This document shows, piece after piece, positions 16,669 to 26,052 of a stretch of 64,000 nt of DNA. The notes beneath the pieces were generated by a model, which worked only from the letters and a program-made list of their open reading frames with translations, ran no database searches and had not been told where the DNA came from. Origin of the DNA: Candidatus Zixiibacteriota bacterium (GTDB lineage: Bacteria; Zixibacteria; MSB-5A5; GN15; FEB-12); NCBI GenBank assembly GCA_020346225.1, contig CP070777.1, positions 303,976 to 367,975 of the forward strand, read 5' to 3'. Each line of letters opens with the position of its first letter. Within the stretch, counting starts at the first letter, position 1. The position numbers and the translations under genes were made by a program.

Positions 16669-18451
16669 TAAAATACAATGGTTCTGGCGGTACTACCGGC
16701 GCTATCCCTATGTGCTGTTTGTGCTGCTTGTCCTGACCCCCGTCCAGGCCGTGTTCCAGGTATCGATACCGAGGATGATTGATTTTACGGTCGATTTCCT
16801 CGACTCCGGCCAGGTTCCCTCTGACACCTTGGCCATCTGGCTGGCCGGTCTGGGGCGGCGGCTGGATTTGACCCCGGAGGTGACCTTTGGTCTGAGCTTC
16901 GTTCTGCTCGGATTGATCGCCGCCATCCTGTATGCATTCGTGCAGGCGCACCGCGCCTGGATGAACCTCAGGCTGGAATGGCTTTTCCGCCAGGACGCGT
17001 TCGATGATATCACCAATAAAGGGCCGGACTTCTTCAACCGCTTCCGCACCGGTGACCTGGTTACGAGGCTGACCGACGATGTGGCCGAGAAGCTCTCCTG
17101 GTTCGCCTGCTCCGGAATATTCCGGCTGTACGAGGCCCTCATTATGGTCGTCTTCACCATCACGATGATGATTTCCATCGAGCCGATGCTGACGTTGTGG
17201 GCCGTGGGCCCGCTGCCGGTCTTGATTGTCATATTTTTCAAGTCGTCGTCGATGCTCGACCGCAGGTACGACCACCTGCAGTCGCGCATATCGAGATTCA
17301 ACGACGTCATGGAAGCATGCTTTTCCGGCATCCGGGTCATCAAGGCTTACGTGAGAGAGAAAGCTCAGAAGCTGAAATTCGAAAAGGCCGCGGTTGACCG
17401 ACGGGGCGCGGAGATCTCGTCGATCAAGGCCTCGACCGTGATAGACTCGCTGTATATGTACATCTGGCAGTTGAGCATTCTCATCATACTGGTTGCAGGC
17501 GGGTACATGGTCATGAACGCCGACCTCTCGCGAGGAAAACTGGCCTCGTTCATCTTCTACACCGTTTGGCTGGTTTTCCCGATGTTCGACATCGGCCAGT
17601 TTCTGGTCAAGTCCCGTCAGTCGGCCGTTTCGATAAACCGGCTGGTGCAGCTGGAGAAGACCGAACCGATGGTTATCGACGACGGTGGCGGTTCGCAAGA
17701 GAGCGATCTTGCCGGCAGCATCCGTTTCGAAGATGTGACTTTCGCCTTCGCCGACTCCGACCGCCCGATACTGGCGGGGCTGACCCTTGATATCGAGGCC
17801 GGCTCAACGGTGGCTCTGGTGGGAAGGGTCGGTTCAGGCAAAAGCTGGCTGGTGAACCTGTTGCCGCGGCTGGTCGACCCCAGCGGCGGCCGGATCACTC
17901 TCAATGGCCGTGACCTCAGGCGGTTCCGGCTCGAGGACCTGCGCCGCCATATCGGTTACGTGCCGCAGGAACCGATGCTGTTCAGCGACACCGTCAGGAA
18001 CAACATCATTTTGGGACGCGAGATCTCCGATGAGCTTCTTAAGTGGGCGATCGACGTGGCCCAGCTCAAGGACGAAGTAGCGGCCTTTCCGAAAGGACTC
18101 GAAACGTTTATCGGAACCAGGGGCATGTCCATCTCCGGCGGCCAGAAACAGCGTCTGGGCCTGGCCCGGGCCCTGGTGGGCAAACCCGCTATCCTCATCC
18201 TCGATGACTGTACCTCGGCGCTCGACTCCCGAACCGAGGCGGCTTTGTGGGAACGACTTCACCAGGTACTGCCCGGCATGACGGCTATACTCATTACTCA
18301 TCGACCCGACACGCTCCAGCGGGCCGACAAGATAATTGTTCTTGCCGAGGGGGTTATGGTCGAAGCCGGCTCCCACGACGACCTGGTCGCTCGGGGCGGG
18401 CAGTATGCCAGGATATACAAGCGTTACCAGCTCGAGGAGCTGGTTCGCTGA
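16661..18451 (+). CDS. ABC exporter, fused permease/ATPase subunit 2 (canonical signature, catalytic Glu replaced by Asp)
   Basis: ATGCTTGA overlap with the upstream gene. Walker A GRVGSGKS. Signature ISGGQKQR. Walker B LILDDCTS. H-loop THRPD. Confidence 0.92.
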   Translation: MLDKIQWFWRYYRRYPYVLFVLLVLTPVQAVFQVSIPRMIDFTVDFLDSGQVPSDTLAIWLAGLGRRLDLTPEVTFGLSFVLLGLIAAILYAFVQAHRAWMNLRLEWLFRQDAFDDITNKGPDFFNRFRTGDLVTRLTDDVAEKLSWFACSGIFRLYEALIMVVFTITMMISIEPMLTLWAVGPLPVLIVIFFKSSSMLDRRYDHLQSRISRFNDVMEACFSGIRVIKAYVREKAQKLKFEKAAVDRRGAEISSIKASTVIDSLYMYIWQLSILIILVAGGYMVMNADLSRGKLASFIFYTVWLVFPMFDIGQFLVKSRQSAVSINRLVQLEKTEPMVIDDGGGSQESDLAGSIRFEDVTFAFADSDRPILAGLTLDIEAGSTVALVGRVGSGKSWLVNLLPRLVDPSGGRITLNGRDLRRFRLEDLRRHIGYVPQEPMLFSDTVRNNIILGREISDELLKWAIDVAQLKDEVAAFPKGLETFIGTRGMSISGGQKQRLGLARALVGKPAILILDDCTSALDSRTEAALWERLHQVLPGMTAILITHRPDTLQRADKIIVLAEGVMVEAGSHDDLVARGGQYARIYKRYQLEELVR

Positions 18452-18469
18452 GTCGTTCGTTTGCGAAGA

Positions 18470-18498
18470 CGGCCCGGCGCACTATCATGCCCGGGCCG
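18470..18498 (+). terminator. Terminator-like hairpin after the ABC genes (no clear U-tract)
   Basis: CGGCCCGG (18470-18477) pairs with CCGGGCCG (18491-18498), 13-nt loop. Confidence 0.35.
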
Positions 18499-18699
18499 CT
18501 CTTACAACTTCAGCGGTCACCCGACACCCGGCAAATGCATATTGGACAAGGTCATCAAAAAATCCGTCTATAGGTTGAAGACACACCGGGAAAACAGGAT
18601 AATTCAACTCCCTGTTCTGGCTACTGTGAAAGGTTCGGTCCCGCCATGAACTTGACAAGAGGAAACATAGAGAGTTAATTTCTCGTAAATAGGTAGCAT

Positions 18700-20343
18700 A
18701 TGAAAAAGCATGCAACCGCCAGCACCTTGGGTCGATGGTCGTATTTGTTCGTCTTTGTCGTGACCCTGGGCCTGACCGCACTACAGTGTTCATCCGACAA
18801 CGGTGTTGAGCCGGTCTTGCCGGCCCTTTATGTCTGGCCTCAGACAATATCTGTCTCGGGGCTGGTGGACGGACCCGACCCCTCCCAGGTTCTGGTCAAA
18901 GTCGACTGCGATCCTCACTCGAATATCCGCTTCACCTTCTCCGAGGATTGTTCGTGGCTGAACCTGTCAAATCTTGAGGGCACCAGCGAAGGAGTAACCC
19001 GGGACAGCTTCTCGGTTCGCTTCGATATTGACAATTTGCCGGTGGGTACACATCTGGATTCGGTGACGGTCGCTTCCTCTGATGCCTGCGACTCACCCCA
19101 GTACGTGTACGTGAGCCTAACCATCAATCCCATCCCCCCCGAGCTCGATGTCTGGCCCCCGCATTTGTCTTTCGAGAACTCCGAAGAGGAGCAGCTGCTC
19201 GTTGATACCGTTTACGTGACATGCACCAGCGGCGAGATCATCAACTTCGACCTGGATCCATCGGTGGCCTGGCTGGATTTCTCCAAAACCTCCGGGGTGA
19301 CGCCGGACACGGTTGTTGTCAGCCTCGATCTCGAGGCAGCCCATGGAGGAGCCAGTGTCGATACATTCTTCGTTACGGCGGACAATGTTCTGAACTCGCC
19401 CGTGCCCGTTCCCTGCAGCCTCTGGATTCCGCCCTGGCAGTCACAGTCGTTGCCGCTGACTATTGACCTGACCGATATTACCTTCCTCGATGATACGCTC
19501 GGCTGGGCGGTCGGAATCGTTGAGGACGGCAATTCGCACTCGGGCTTTCTGTTCGGCTCGATTGACGGCGGTGAAAACTGGGATGGCCAGATATTGATGT
19601 GGTCCGATCCTAATGACAGTCTGGCCCTGGCCTCTGTCTGTACGGTGGGAGAGACGGTGTGGGCGGTCGGGGAGTCCGGGATGATATGGTTGAGCGAGGA
19701 CTACGGCGCCACCTGGCAGCAGCGCTCTACCGGTCTGGCCGATACGTTGGTGCACCTGTATGATATCTGCTTTGTTAATTCGCAGGTTGGCTGGATCGTC
19801 GGCCAGGAGGGGCTTATTTTAAAGACCGTCGACGGCGGCGATACCTGGCAACAGCAAACGAGTGGTGTCGTGTTCGACCTGATCGCGGTGGATTTCTGCA
19901 GTGAAGATCTGGGCATGGCGGTCGGCACTTATTTTAACGTGCTGGTCACCGATGACGGTGGTGCCACCTGGACGTCCGAGAATACCGGCACCGGGACGAA
20001 TGATTTCCGCGACATTTGCTACTTCGATCCCGGTAACGTCTGGATCGTAGGTAAGAACGGCACAATCGTCTATACCGTCGATGGTGGTGCCAGTTTCAAC
20101 ACCCAGACCTCGGGGCTCAACACCTGGCTGAGCTCGGTCACCTTCGTCAACGACTCCACCGGATGGATCTCGGGCCAGGCCGGTGTCATTCTGTATACTG
20201 TCGACGCCGGGGTCACCTGGATGGAACAGGAATCCAACACCGCCCAGTGGCTCAATAGTATCTTCTTCCTCGATGATGTGACCGGTTGGGCGGTTGGCAA
20301 CGCTAATACGATCAGGTTTACCGACTGCGGCGGAAATCCCTGA
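18700..20343 (+). CDS. Lipoprotein with two BACON-like Ig-fold domains and a BNR/Ycf48-like beta-propeller
   Basis: Lipobox LTALQC. Two ~100-aa all-beta modules ending in NSP/DSP..V.V.L. Six Asp-box-like repeats (DGGENW, DYGATW, DGGDTW, DGGATW, DGGASF, DAGVTW). Confidence 0.8.
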   Translation: MKKHATASTLGRWSYLFVFVVTLGLTALQCSSDNGVEPVLPALYVWPQTISVSGLVDGPDPSQVLVKVDCDPHSNIRFTFSEDCSWLNLSNLEGTSEGVTRDSFSVRFDIDNLPVGTHLDSVTVASSDACDSPQYVYVSLTINPIPPELDVWPPHLSFENSEEEQLLVDTVYVTCTSGEIINFDLDPSVAWLDFSKTSGVTPDTVVVSLDLEAAHGGASVDTFFVTADNVLNSPVPVPCSLWIPPWQSQSLPLTIDLTDITFLDDTLGWAVGIVEDGNSHSGFLFGSIDGGENWDGQILMWSDPNDSLALASVCTVGETVWAVGESGMIWLSEDYGATWQQRSTGLADTLVHLYDICFVNSQVGWIVGQEGLILKTVDGGDTWQQQTSGVVFDLIAVDFCSEDLGMAVGTYFNVLVTDDGGATWTSENTGTGTNDFRDICYFDPGNVWIVGKNGTIVYTVDGGASFNTQTSGLNTWLSSVTFVNDSTGWISGQAGVILYTVDAGVTWMEQESNTAQWLNSIFFLDDVTGWAVGNANTIRFTDCGGNP

Positions 20344-20368
20344 TGATCACCGCATTATGAAAAAAAAG

Positions 20369-20398
20369 AAGCCCCCGCCTCGCGGCCGGGGCTTTGTT
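20369..20398. terminator. Bidirectional terminator between convergent genes
   Basis: AAGCCCC (20369-20375) pairs with GGGGCTT (20388-20394). A-run upstream and T-rich sequence downstream. Confidence 0.6.
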
Positions 20399-20412
20399 TA
20401 TTTACCGCTTTT

Positions 20413-21228
20413 CTAATTGTCCTCGTCCACGGTGGTCCGGCGCTTTCTCCCTTGCGTTAGATAAATTCCCAGCCCAAGACAGAACAGGGCGATAGAAATA
20501 ATCTGGTTGTAGGTCGGATTCATGCCCAGCAGCGAAAAATGCATCTCATCCTCGTAGTAGCGGACATATTCGATAGCATACCTGAAAACCGCCTCGACCA
20601 TGAACAGAGTGGCCAGTATCTGACCGGCGAACCGCCGGTGCTTGAGCATGAAATGGAGAAGGAGAAAGACCAGCAGGCCGTAAAGGGAACTGTAGAGTTG
20701 AGAGGGGTGCAGATGGGCGTCACCGAAAACATAGTGTGGTATCGACGCGACCGGAAACGAAACCCCCCAGGGCAGCTCGGTCGGCGTGCCAAAACAGCAG
20801 CCGTTCATAAAGCAGCCTATCCTGGTGATGGCCAGCCCCAGCCCGAGCGTCGGTGCGAAAAAGTCCAGCACCTCCAGCAGCGACATCTTCTTGACCCGGC
20901 AGTAGATGTATGTGGCCAGCACGGCGGCGATCACGCCGCCGTATACGTTCAGGCCGGCGATGCCGAAGCGGCTACCGCCGAATGGATTGAAGCTGCTCGG
21001 CCAGTTGCCGGAGAATTCATCGACGTGCGAGAAGACATAGAAAAGCCGGGCGCCGATAACGCCCGCAGCGATCATGATGTACGAAATCGACAGGTACGGG
21101 TCAAAAGACAGTCCGCGTTTCGAGGTTTGCCGCCACACGTACAGCACTCCCAAAAAGAACGATACAGCCAGGGCCAAACCGTAGGCGCGAATCGGCAAGG
21201 GGCCGATTTGGAACAGGTCAGGGCACAT
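20413..21228 (-). CDS. lgt: Prolipoprotein diacylglyceryl transferase
   Basis: N-terminus FQIGPLPIRAYGL. Polytopic membrane protein with an Lgt-like GRIGCFMNGCC(F)G block. Confidence 0.9.
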   Translation of the reverse strand: MCPDLFQIGPLPIRAYGLALAVSFFLGVLYVWRQTSKRGLSFDPYLSISYIMIAAGVIGARLFYVFSHVDEFSGNWPSSFNPFGGSRFGIAGLNVYGGVIAAVLATYIYCRVKKMSLLEVLDFFAPTLGLGLAITRIGCFMNGCCFGTPTELPWGVSFPVASIPHYVFGDAHLHPSQLYSSLYGLLVFLLLHFMLKHRRFAGQILATLFMVEAVFRYAIEYVRYYEDEMHFSLLGMNPTYNQIISIALFCLGLGIYLTQGRKRRTTVDEDN

Positions 21229-22162
21229 TCTTGGTTGTCAACTCCTCTGTCTTTGCATTGTTATACTCCTGGGTGACCCCGATACCGCAGTATTTCCACA
21301 CAATCAGCACCGAAGCCAACCCTATCAGTCCGCCCGCCACAACGTCGGACACGTAGTGATATCGGCCCCACACCGTGCCCAGGCCGAGACCGACCACCGC
21401 CGGCAGCAGCCACCATCCGGATCCGGACCGGTACCTGAAAGTATACATCAAAATCACCAAAGCCACGCCGAAGTGCGACGACGGCATACAGCCGCCTCGC
21501 ACGGCGGCGTTCGAGATTACGAACTCGGCCAGTCGTCGGAACACCGGCCCCTCGATACCGTTTACATACTGGCCGGCGAAGTGCCAGCGGGGGCCTTCTA
21601 TGGGATACAGAAAAAACAGCAGGTAGGAAACAAAAAAGGTGAGGCAGGTCGCCGCCATGAAACTCTTGATCAGCCCGTACTCTTTCCGGATGAAAAAGAC
21701 CAGCAGAAAAACGGGTATCATAAAGTAGTAGCTGAAATAGCACAGCGACAACAGCTCGTTGATCCACACGTTAAGCAGATGCCGGTCGATGAGAATGGTC
21801 GGGTACGCTCCGAATACCGTCTTTTCAAAAGCTGTCAGTTGCCAGTCATAAAAACCGTCAAAGACGAGAAACATCATCCCGCCGGTTTCACGATAGAAGA
21901 ACGTAAACAGCAGTGCCGGGTAAAAGAGGCGCAGAAACCTGCTTACTATGTTCTTTTCTTCGTTGACATAACGGATGATCAGCGCCGCTGCGGCCGCCGC
22001 CGAAGCGTAGAACACAATCTCGTCGATGTATTCGCCGATCGGTCGCCCGATGGCCAGCAGCAGGGCTAGCATCAGCAAACAGTAACCGATTACCAGCCTG
22101 TCATAGAGATAAAGCCCGCCCGTCTTCAGTACCCTCGCTGTTGGTGCTGCTGTTACCGTCAC
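21218..22162 (-). CDS. PAP2-superfamily (PAP2_3/Aur1-like) polytopic membrane phosphatase or phosphotransferase
   Basis: PSSHFG and GRYHYVSDVVAG match PAP2 motifs C2/C3. Start placed at GTG 22162, which overlaps the rsmI stop (GTGA). The ORF-track start at 22291 would run 130 nt inside rsmI. Confidence 0.72.
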   Translation of the reverse strand: MTVTAAPTARVLKTGGLYLYDRLVIGYCLLMLALLLAIGRPIGEYIDEIVFYASAAAAAALIIRYVNEEKNIVSRFLRLFYPALLFTFFYRETGGMMFLVFDGFYDWQLTAFEKTVFGAYPTILIDRHLLNVWINELLSLCYFSYYFMIPVFLLVFFIRKEYGLIKSFMAATCLTFFVSYLLFFLYPIEGPRWHFAGQYVNGIEGPVFRRLAEFVISNAAVRGGCMPSSHFGVALVILMYTFRYRSGSGWWLLPAVVGLGLGTVWGRYHYVSDVVAGGLIGLASVLIVWKYCGIGVTQEYNNAKTEELTTKNVP

Positions 22163-22845
22163 TGCCTGTGTCCCGCGACTACGATCACGATTTCCCCTTT
22201 GGGCGGTTTGGCTTTTACCTGCTCGCAAACCTCGCCGGTGCTCCCTCTCACAAATTCCTCGAATTTCTTGCTGACCTCTCGTGCCAGGCACATCGGCCTG
22301 TTACCCAGCACGGCCAAGATGTCTTCGAGCGTTTTACCGACGCGGTGCGGTGATTCGAAGAACACCAGCGTGTGTTCCAGGTCGGTCAGCTTCTCCAGCC
22401 GCTTCTTCCTGGCCGCCGTTTTGTGAGGGAGAAAGCCTTCGAAAAAGAAACGGTCGGTGGCCAGCCCGGACGCGGTCAGGGCCGGGATGATGGCGGTGGG
22501 TCCCGGAAGCGGCACCACCTGTATATCATTGTCGATAGCCGCCCGGACTACCCGGTAGGCCGGGTCCGATATTCCCGGCGAGCCGCCGTCGGTTATTACG
22601 GCAACTGTCAAACCCTGGCTGATCTGTCCTATGAGTTTACGGGCGCGACTCGCCTCGTTAAAATCATGGTAGCTGACAAGTTTCTTTTTCAGGCCCAGCT
22701 TCTTGAGAAATCGGCCGCTGTGACGCGTATCCTCGCAGGCAACGATATCCGCCGCCGCGAGCACCTCGACCGCCCGGGCCGTCATGTCGCCCATATTTCC
22801 GATCGGCGTCGGCACCAGGTAGATTTTCCCAGCCACTGGCCCCAT
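22159..22845 (-). CDS. rsmI: 16S rRNA (cytidine1402-2'-O)-methyltransferase RsmI
   Basis: GKIYLVPTPIGNMGDMT..ACEDTR tetrapyrrole-methylase-type fold motifs. ATG 22845 preceded by AAGGGG. Confidence 0.9.
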   Translation of the reverse strand: MGPVAGKIYLVPTPIGNMGDMTARAVEVLAAADIVACEDTRHSGRFLKKLGLKKKLVSYHDFNEASRARKLIGQISQGLTVAVITDGGSPGISDPAYRVVRAAIDNDIQVVPLPGPTAIIPALTASGLATDRFFFEGFLPHKTAARKKRLEKLTDLEHTLVFFESPHRVGKTLEDILAVLGNRPMCLAREVSKKFEEFVRGSTGEVCEQVKAKPPKGEIVIVVAGHRQ

Positions 22846-22855
22846 CTCCAACCCC

Positions 22856-23665
22856 TTATGCCTCCAGTTCGATCGCAGCCGGGATCGACGCTCGCCCCAA
22901 AGGGGCGATATCCGGGACGCGCCTTTTGAACGAATATCTGGTCAGAAGAGATGCTACCCGCTCTATGTCAGATTTCTCAAATCCCTCCGCCTCCAGTCGT
23001 GACGTCGACCTTTCGCCGTCATCGACCAGCCGTCGCAGGAGCCGATCCATCTTTTCGTAGGTCAACCCGATTTCGCCCTCGTCGGTCTGACCGGCCCACA
23101 GATCGGCTGACGGCGGTTTGGCGATTATCTGCTGGGGAATGCCGACTTCTTCGGCCAGCAGGCGAACTTCGCTTTTGTAAAGCTCCCCGAGCGGATTTAC
23201 CGAACAGGCCGAGTCGCCGTACCACGTTGTGTAGCCCAGACAGATCTCGGTGCGATTCCCCGTGCCCAGCACCAGCCGATTCGTTTCGCGGGCGACATCG
23301 AACAGGATTGACATCCGCTCCCGCGCCATCTTGTTGCCCCGACGAATCTCGCTGACCCGGTCAACCCGCTCAAAGTAAGCGTCCACCATCGGCGTAATGT
23401 CGATCTGACGATACTCCAATCCCAGCCGGTCTATGAGCGCCATGGCGTCGGCGACGGAGTCTTTTGACGAACTCTTGTAGGGCATCAGCAGCGCCAGGAC
23501 CCTGTCGGCTCCCACCGCCTGGGCCGCCAGCGTTGCCGAAAGCGCCGAGTCGATCCCGCCCGACAGGCCGATCACATAGCCGCTGAGACCGGACTGTGCC
23601 AGCTTGGATGAAAGAAAACTCTTGATCGACGAAATTGCCCTGGCCGCGTTGACTTGTTCGGTCAT
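22856..23665 (-). CDS. nadE: NH3-dependent NAD+ synthetase
   Basis: PP-loop GLSGGIDSA. ATG 23665 preceded by AAAGGAGAG. The ORF-track start at 23692 is TTG. Confidence 0.9.
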   Translation of the reverse strand: MTEQVNAARAISSIKSFLSSKLAQSGLSGYVIGLSGGIDSALSATLAAQAVGADRVLALLMPYKSSSKDSVADAMALIDRLGLEYRQIDITPMVDAYFERVDRVSEIRRGNKMARERMSILFDVARETNRLVLGTGNRTEICLGYTTWYGDSACSVNPLGELYKSEVRLLAEEVGIPQQIIAKPPSADLWAGQTDEGEIGLTYEKMDRLLRRLVDDGERSTSRLEAEGFEKSDIERVASLLTRYSFKRRVPDIAPLGRASIPAAIELEA

Positions 23666-23732
23666 CCTGCAACTCTCCTTTGGGCCGTACAATATATTAT
23701 TACGGCAGGCCTATCAAGCAAAATGTGGCCGC

Positions 23733-23762
23733 TTGACACGGCTCGGAGCTATCCTGTATATT
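23733..23762 (+). promoter_or_regulatory. Sigma70-type promoter for ssb
   Basis: TTGACA (23733-23738), 18-nt spacer, TATATT (23757-23762). Confidence 0.5.
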
Positions 23763-23802
23763 GACGCAACGAGATAAGAACACCGAATCTTTGAGGGGAA
23801 TC

Positions 23803-24234
23803 ATGTCAGTGAATAAAGCAATCCTTATCGGCAATCTGGGCAAGGACCCTGAATTGCGCTATACTCCCGGAGGCAAAGCAGTCGCCACTTTTCCTCTTGC
23901 GACCACCGAGCGGTGGACCAGTCAGGAAGGGCAGAAGAACGAATCGACCACCTGGCACAACATCGTCGCCTGGGGACGTCAGGCCGAGGTCATCAAGGAG
24001 TACCTGGCCAAGGGCCGCCAGGTGTACATCGAGGGGCGGATAGTCAATCGAAGTTACGACGACAAGGACGGCAACAAAAGATATGTGTCTGAAGTCGTCG
24101 TCCAGAGCTTCCAGTTCATCGGCGGCCGGCCGGGCGGGGCCGGCGACGAACGCGATTTCTCGCAGGCGCCTCCCGCGGACGAATCGGCCCCGGCACCCGA
24201 TACGAGTGAGACCGACGACGACTTGCCCTTCTGA
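23803..24234 (+). CDS. ssb: Single-stranded DNA-binding protein
   Basis: MSVNKAILIGNLGKDPELRYTP OB-fold N-terminus. Gly/Pro-rich linker. Acidic tip DDDLPF. SD GAGGGGA before ATG 23803. Confidence 0.93.
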   Translation: MSVNKAILIGNLGKDPELRYTPGGKAVATFPLATTERWTSQEGQKNESTTWHNIVAWGRQAEVIKEYLAKGRQVYIEGRIVNRSYDDKDGNKRYVSEVVVQSFQFIGGRPGGAGDERDFSQAPPADESAPAPDTSETDDDLPF

Positions 24235-24257
24235 TGAATTCCTGAATAGTGAGACGC

Positions 24258-24296
24258 AGAGCCCCGTAACCTGTTGGTGGCGGGGCTCTTTTGTTG
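24258..24296 (+). terminator. Intrinsic terminator after ssb
   Basis: AGAGCCCCG (24258-24266) pairs with CGGGGCTCT (24281-24289), followed by TTTGTTG. Confidence 0.7.
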
Positions 24297-24425
24297 CTCA
24301 AAACCGGTTCAGCGATTGTAAAAAAGTAGTACTAATCTTGTCGGCTTTTTCTGCCGAAATCATGCACGCCCGGATAGGAAAACCATAAGCCGTCAGCATG
24401 GCTCAAATTATAGGAGATGATTCTC

Positions 24426-25007
24426 ATGTTTCACGCCAAAGCACTCAGCCCGACCGAATACGTGCGTCGACTCACGCAGAGTGACTATCGTCGCATCTGG
24501 CTGCTCGGAACTTCGGCCGCCGTCCTCTCGGTGGCCGTCATCGTGTACTACAGCCACAAGATGTACTACGAACAGATCCAGCATGTATACACCTGGCTGG
24601 AGCTTCTCGGCATTACCCTCATGCCGTATATGATCTCGGCGGTGGTGGCCACCCTTACCGCCATCGGCATCATGACGATGCTGCCGATGATCCGAAGCAA
24701 GCAGACCGCCTACCGTATCCTTCTTCGTCTGAAACGGCTCAGCGACGGCGACCTGACAGTGGGTTCGCGGGTCGAGTCGGACAACCAGCATCTCAGGGAT
24801 GTTGCCACTGAGCTTAATTATGCCATCGGAACCCTGAGCGGTCTGGTCGCTCAGTGGAAAATAATAAACCGGCAACAGTGGGACCTGCTGGAAGGCATCA
24901 GGGACGAGGCCGTGAGCGACAAATCGCTCATTATACTCAGCCTGGTGGAGAAGATGGAGGAGAACTGGAAGATGATCGCTCAAATCGAGGGTCGCCTGTC
25001 CACCTGA
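24426..25007 (+). CDS. Small two-TM membrane protein with a HAMP-like linker and coiled-coil tail, no output domain
   Basis: Two hydrophobic helices, then AYRILLRLKRLSDGDLTVGS...ELNYAIGTLSGLV (HAMP-like). ATG 24426 has better spacing from AGGAG than 24417. Confidence 0.6.
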   Translation: MFHAKALSPTEYVRRLTQSDYRRIWLLGTSAAVLSVAVIVYYSHKMYYEQIQHVYTWLELLGITLMPYMISAVVATLTAIGIMTMLPMIRSKQTAYRILLRLKRLSDGDLTVGSRVESDNQHLRDVATELNYAIGTLSGLVAQWKIINRQQWDLLEGIRDEAVSDKSLIILSLVEKMEENWKMIAQIEGRLST

Positions 25008-25014
25008 GCCGACT

Positions 25015-26052
25015 CTACGATTCGTCTTCGAGCTTCTTGACTCTTTTGAACAGTTCCGGGAGTTTGGTCAGGCAGGCATCGATTCGTTTCATCTGCATGA
25101 TTTCGCGGGCCGGGTAGCCGAACATCGTCTTGCCCGCCCCGACCGATTTGGACACGCCCGACTGAGCGCCTATTACGGCTCCCTCGCCGATTTCCACGTG
25201 ACCGACTATACCTACCTGCCCGGCCAGTATCACGCTGTTGCCCAGCTTGGTGGAGCCGGAGATGCCTACCTGCGACACTATTATGCAGTTATTGCCGATT
25301 TCGACGTTATGGGCGATTTGAACCAGATTGTCTATCTTCGTCCCCTTGCCGACTTTGGTCGGCCCCAGGGCTCCCCGGTCGATCGTTGTGCCGGCGCCAA
25401 TCTCGACATCGTCGCCGATCTCGACCCACCCGATCTGCTTGACTTTCTTCAGACCTTTGTCGGACTCGGCGAAACCGAATCCGTCGGAACCGATGACGCC
25501 CGACGGGTGGATAATTACATTATTGCCGATTATACAGTCATTGAGAATCGCCACCCCCGGGTACAGGAGACAGTTCTCCCCGATGGTGACGTTCTCACCC
25601 ACATATACCGACGATATCAGACGCGTGTTGCGGCCTATCGAGGTCCCGCCGCCGACACGGCACAGGGGACCGATACAGGCATCCGGGGCCACGGTAGCAT
25701 CGGCCGAAACGATCGCCGAATCATCGATACCGGCGGCAGTTTTGGCTTCGGTGGGGTAGAGGATGTCAACAACTTCGGCAAAGACAAGGTACGGGTTGTC
25801 GTGGCGCAGCACCGCTAAGTGTGTGCAGGGCACCTGCCTGTCGAGCACGACCGCCGAAGCTTTGGTTGTCGCCAGGAACTTAAGGTATCGCTCGTTGGCT
25901 ACGAAGGTGATATCGCCCGTTGTCGCAGCCGTAATGGTGGCGGCACCGCATATTTCAATGCTGCCGTCGCCGTCAAGCTCGGAATTCGTGCGGTCGGCCA
26001 GTTCTCGGAGGGTGATCCTGGTATCAGTCTTCCTGCTTTTCAAGGTACTCAA
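25015..26052 (-). CDS. lpxD: UDP-3-O-acylglucosamine N-acyltransferase
   Basis: N-terminal LpxD domain followed by a long hexapeptide (left-handed beta-helix) repeat region. Confidence 0.9.
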   Translation of the reverse strand: MSTLKSRKTDTRITLRELADRTNSELDGDGSIEICGAATITAATTGDITFVANERYLKFLATTKASAVVLDRQVPCTHLAVLRHDNPYLVFAEVVDILYPTEAKTAAGIDDSAIVSADATVAPDACIGPLCRVGGGTSIGRNTRLISSVYVGENVTIGENCLLYPGVAILNDCIIGNNVIIHPSGVIGSDGFGFAESDKGLKKVKQIGWVEIGDDVEIGAGTTIDRGALGPTKVGKGTKIDNLVQIAHNVEIGNNCIIVSQVGISGSTKLGNSVILAGQVGIVGHVEIGEGAVIGAQSGVSKSVGAGKTMFGYPAREIMQMKRIDACLTKLPELFKRVKKLEDES

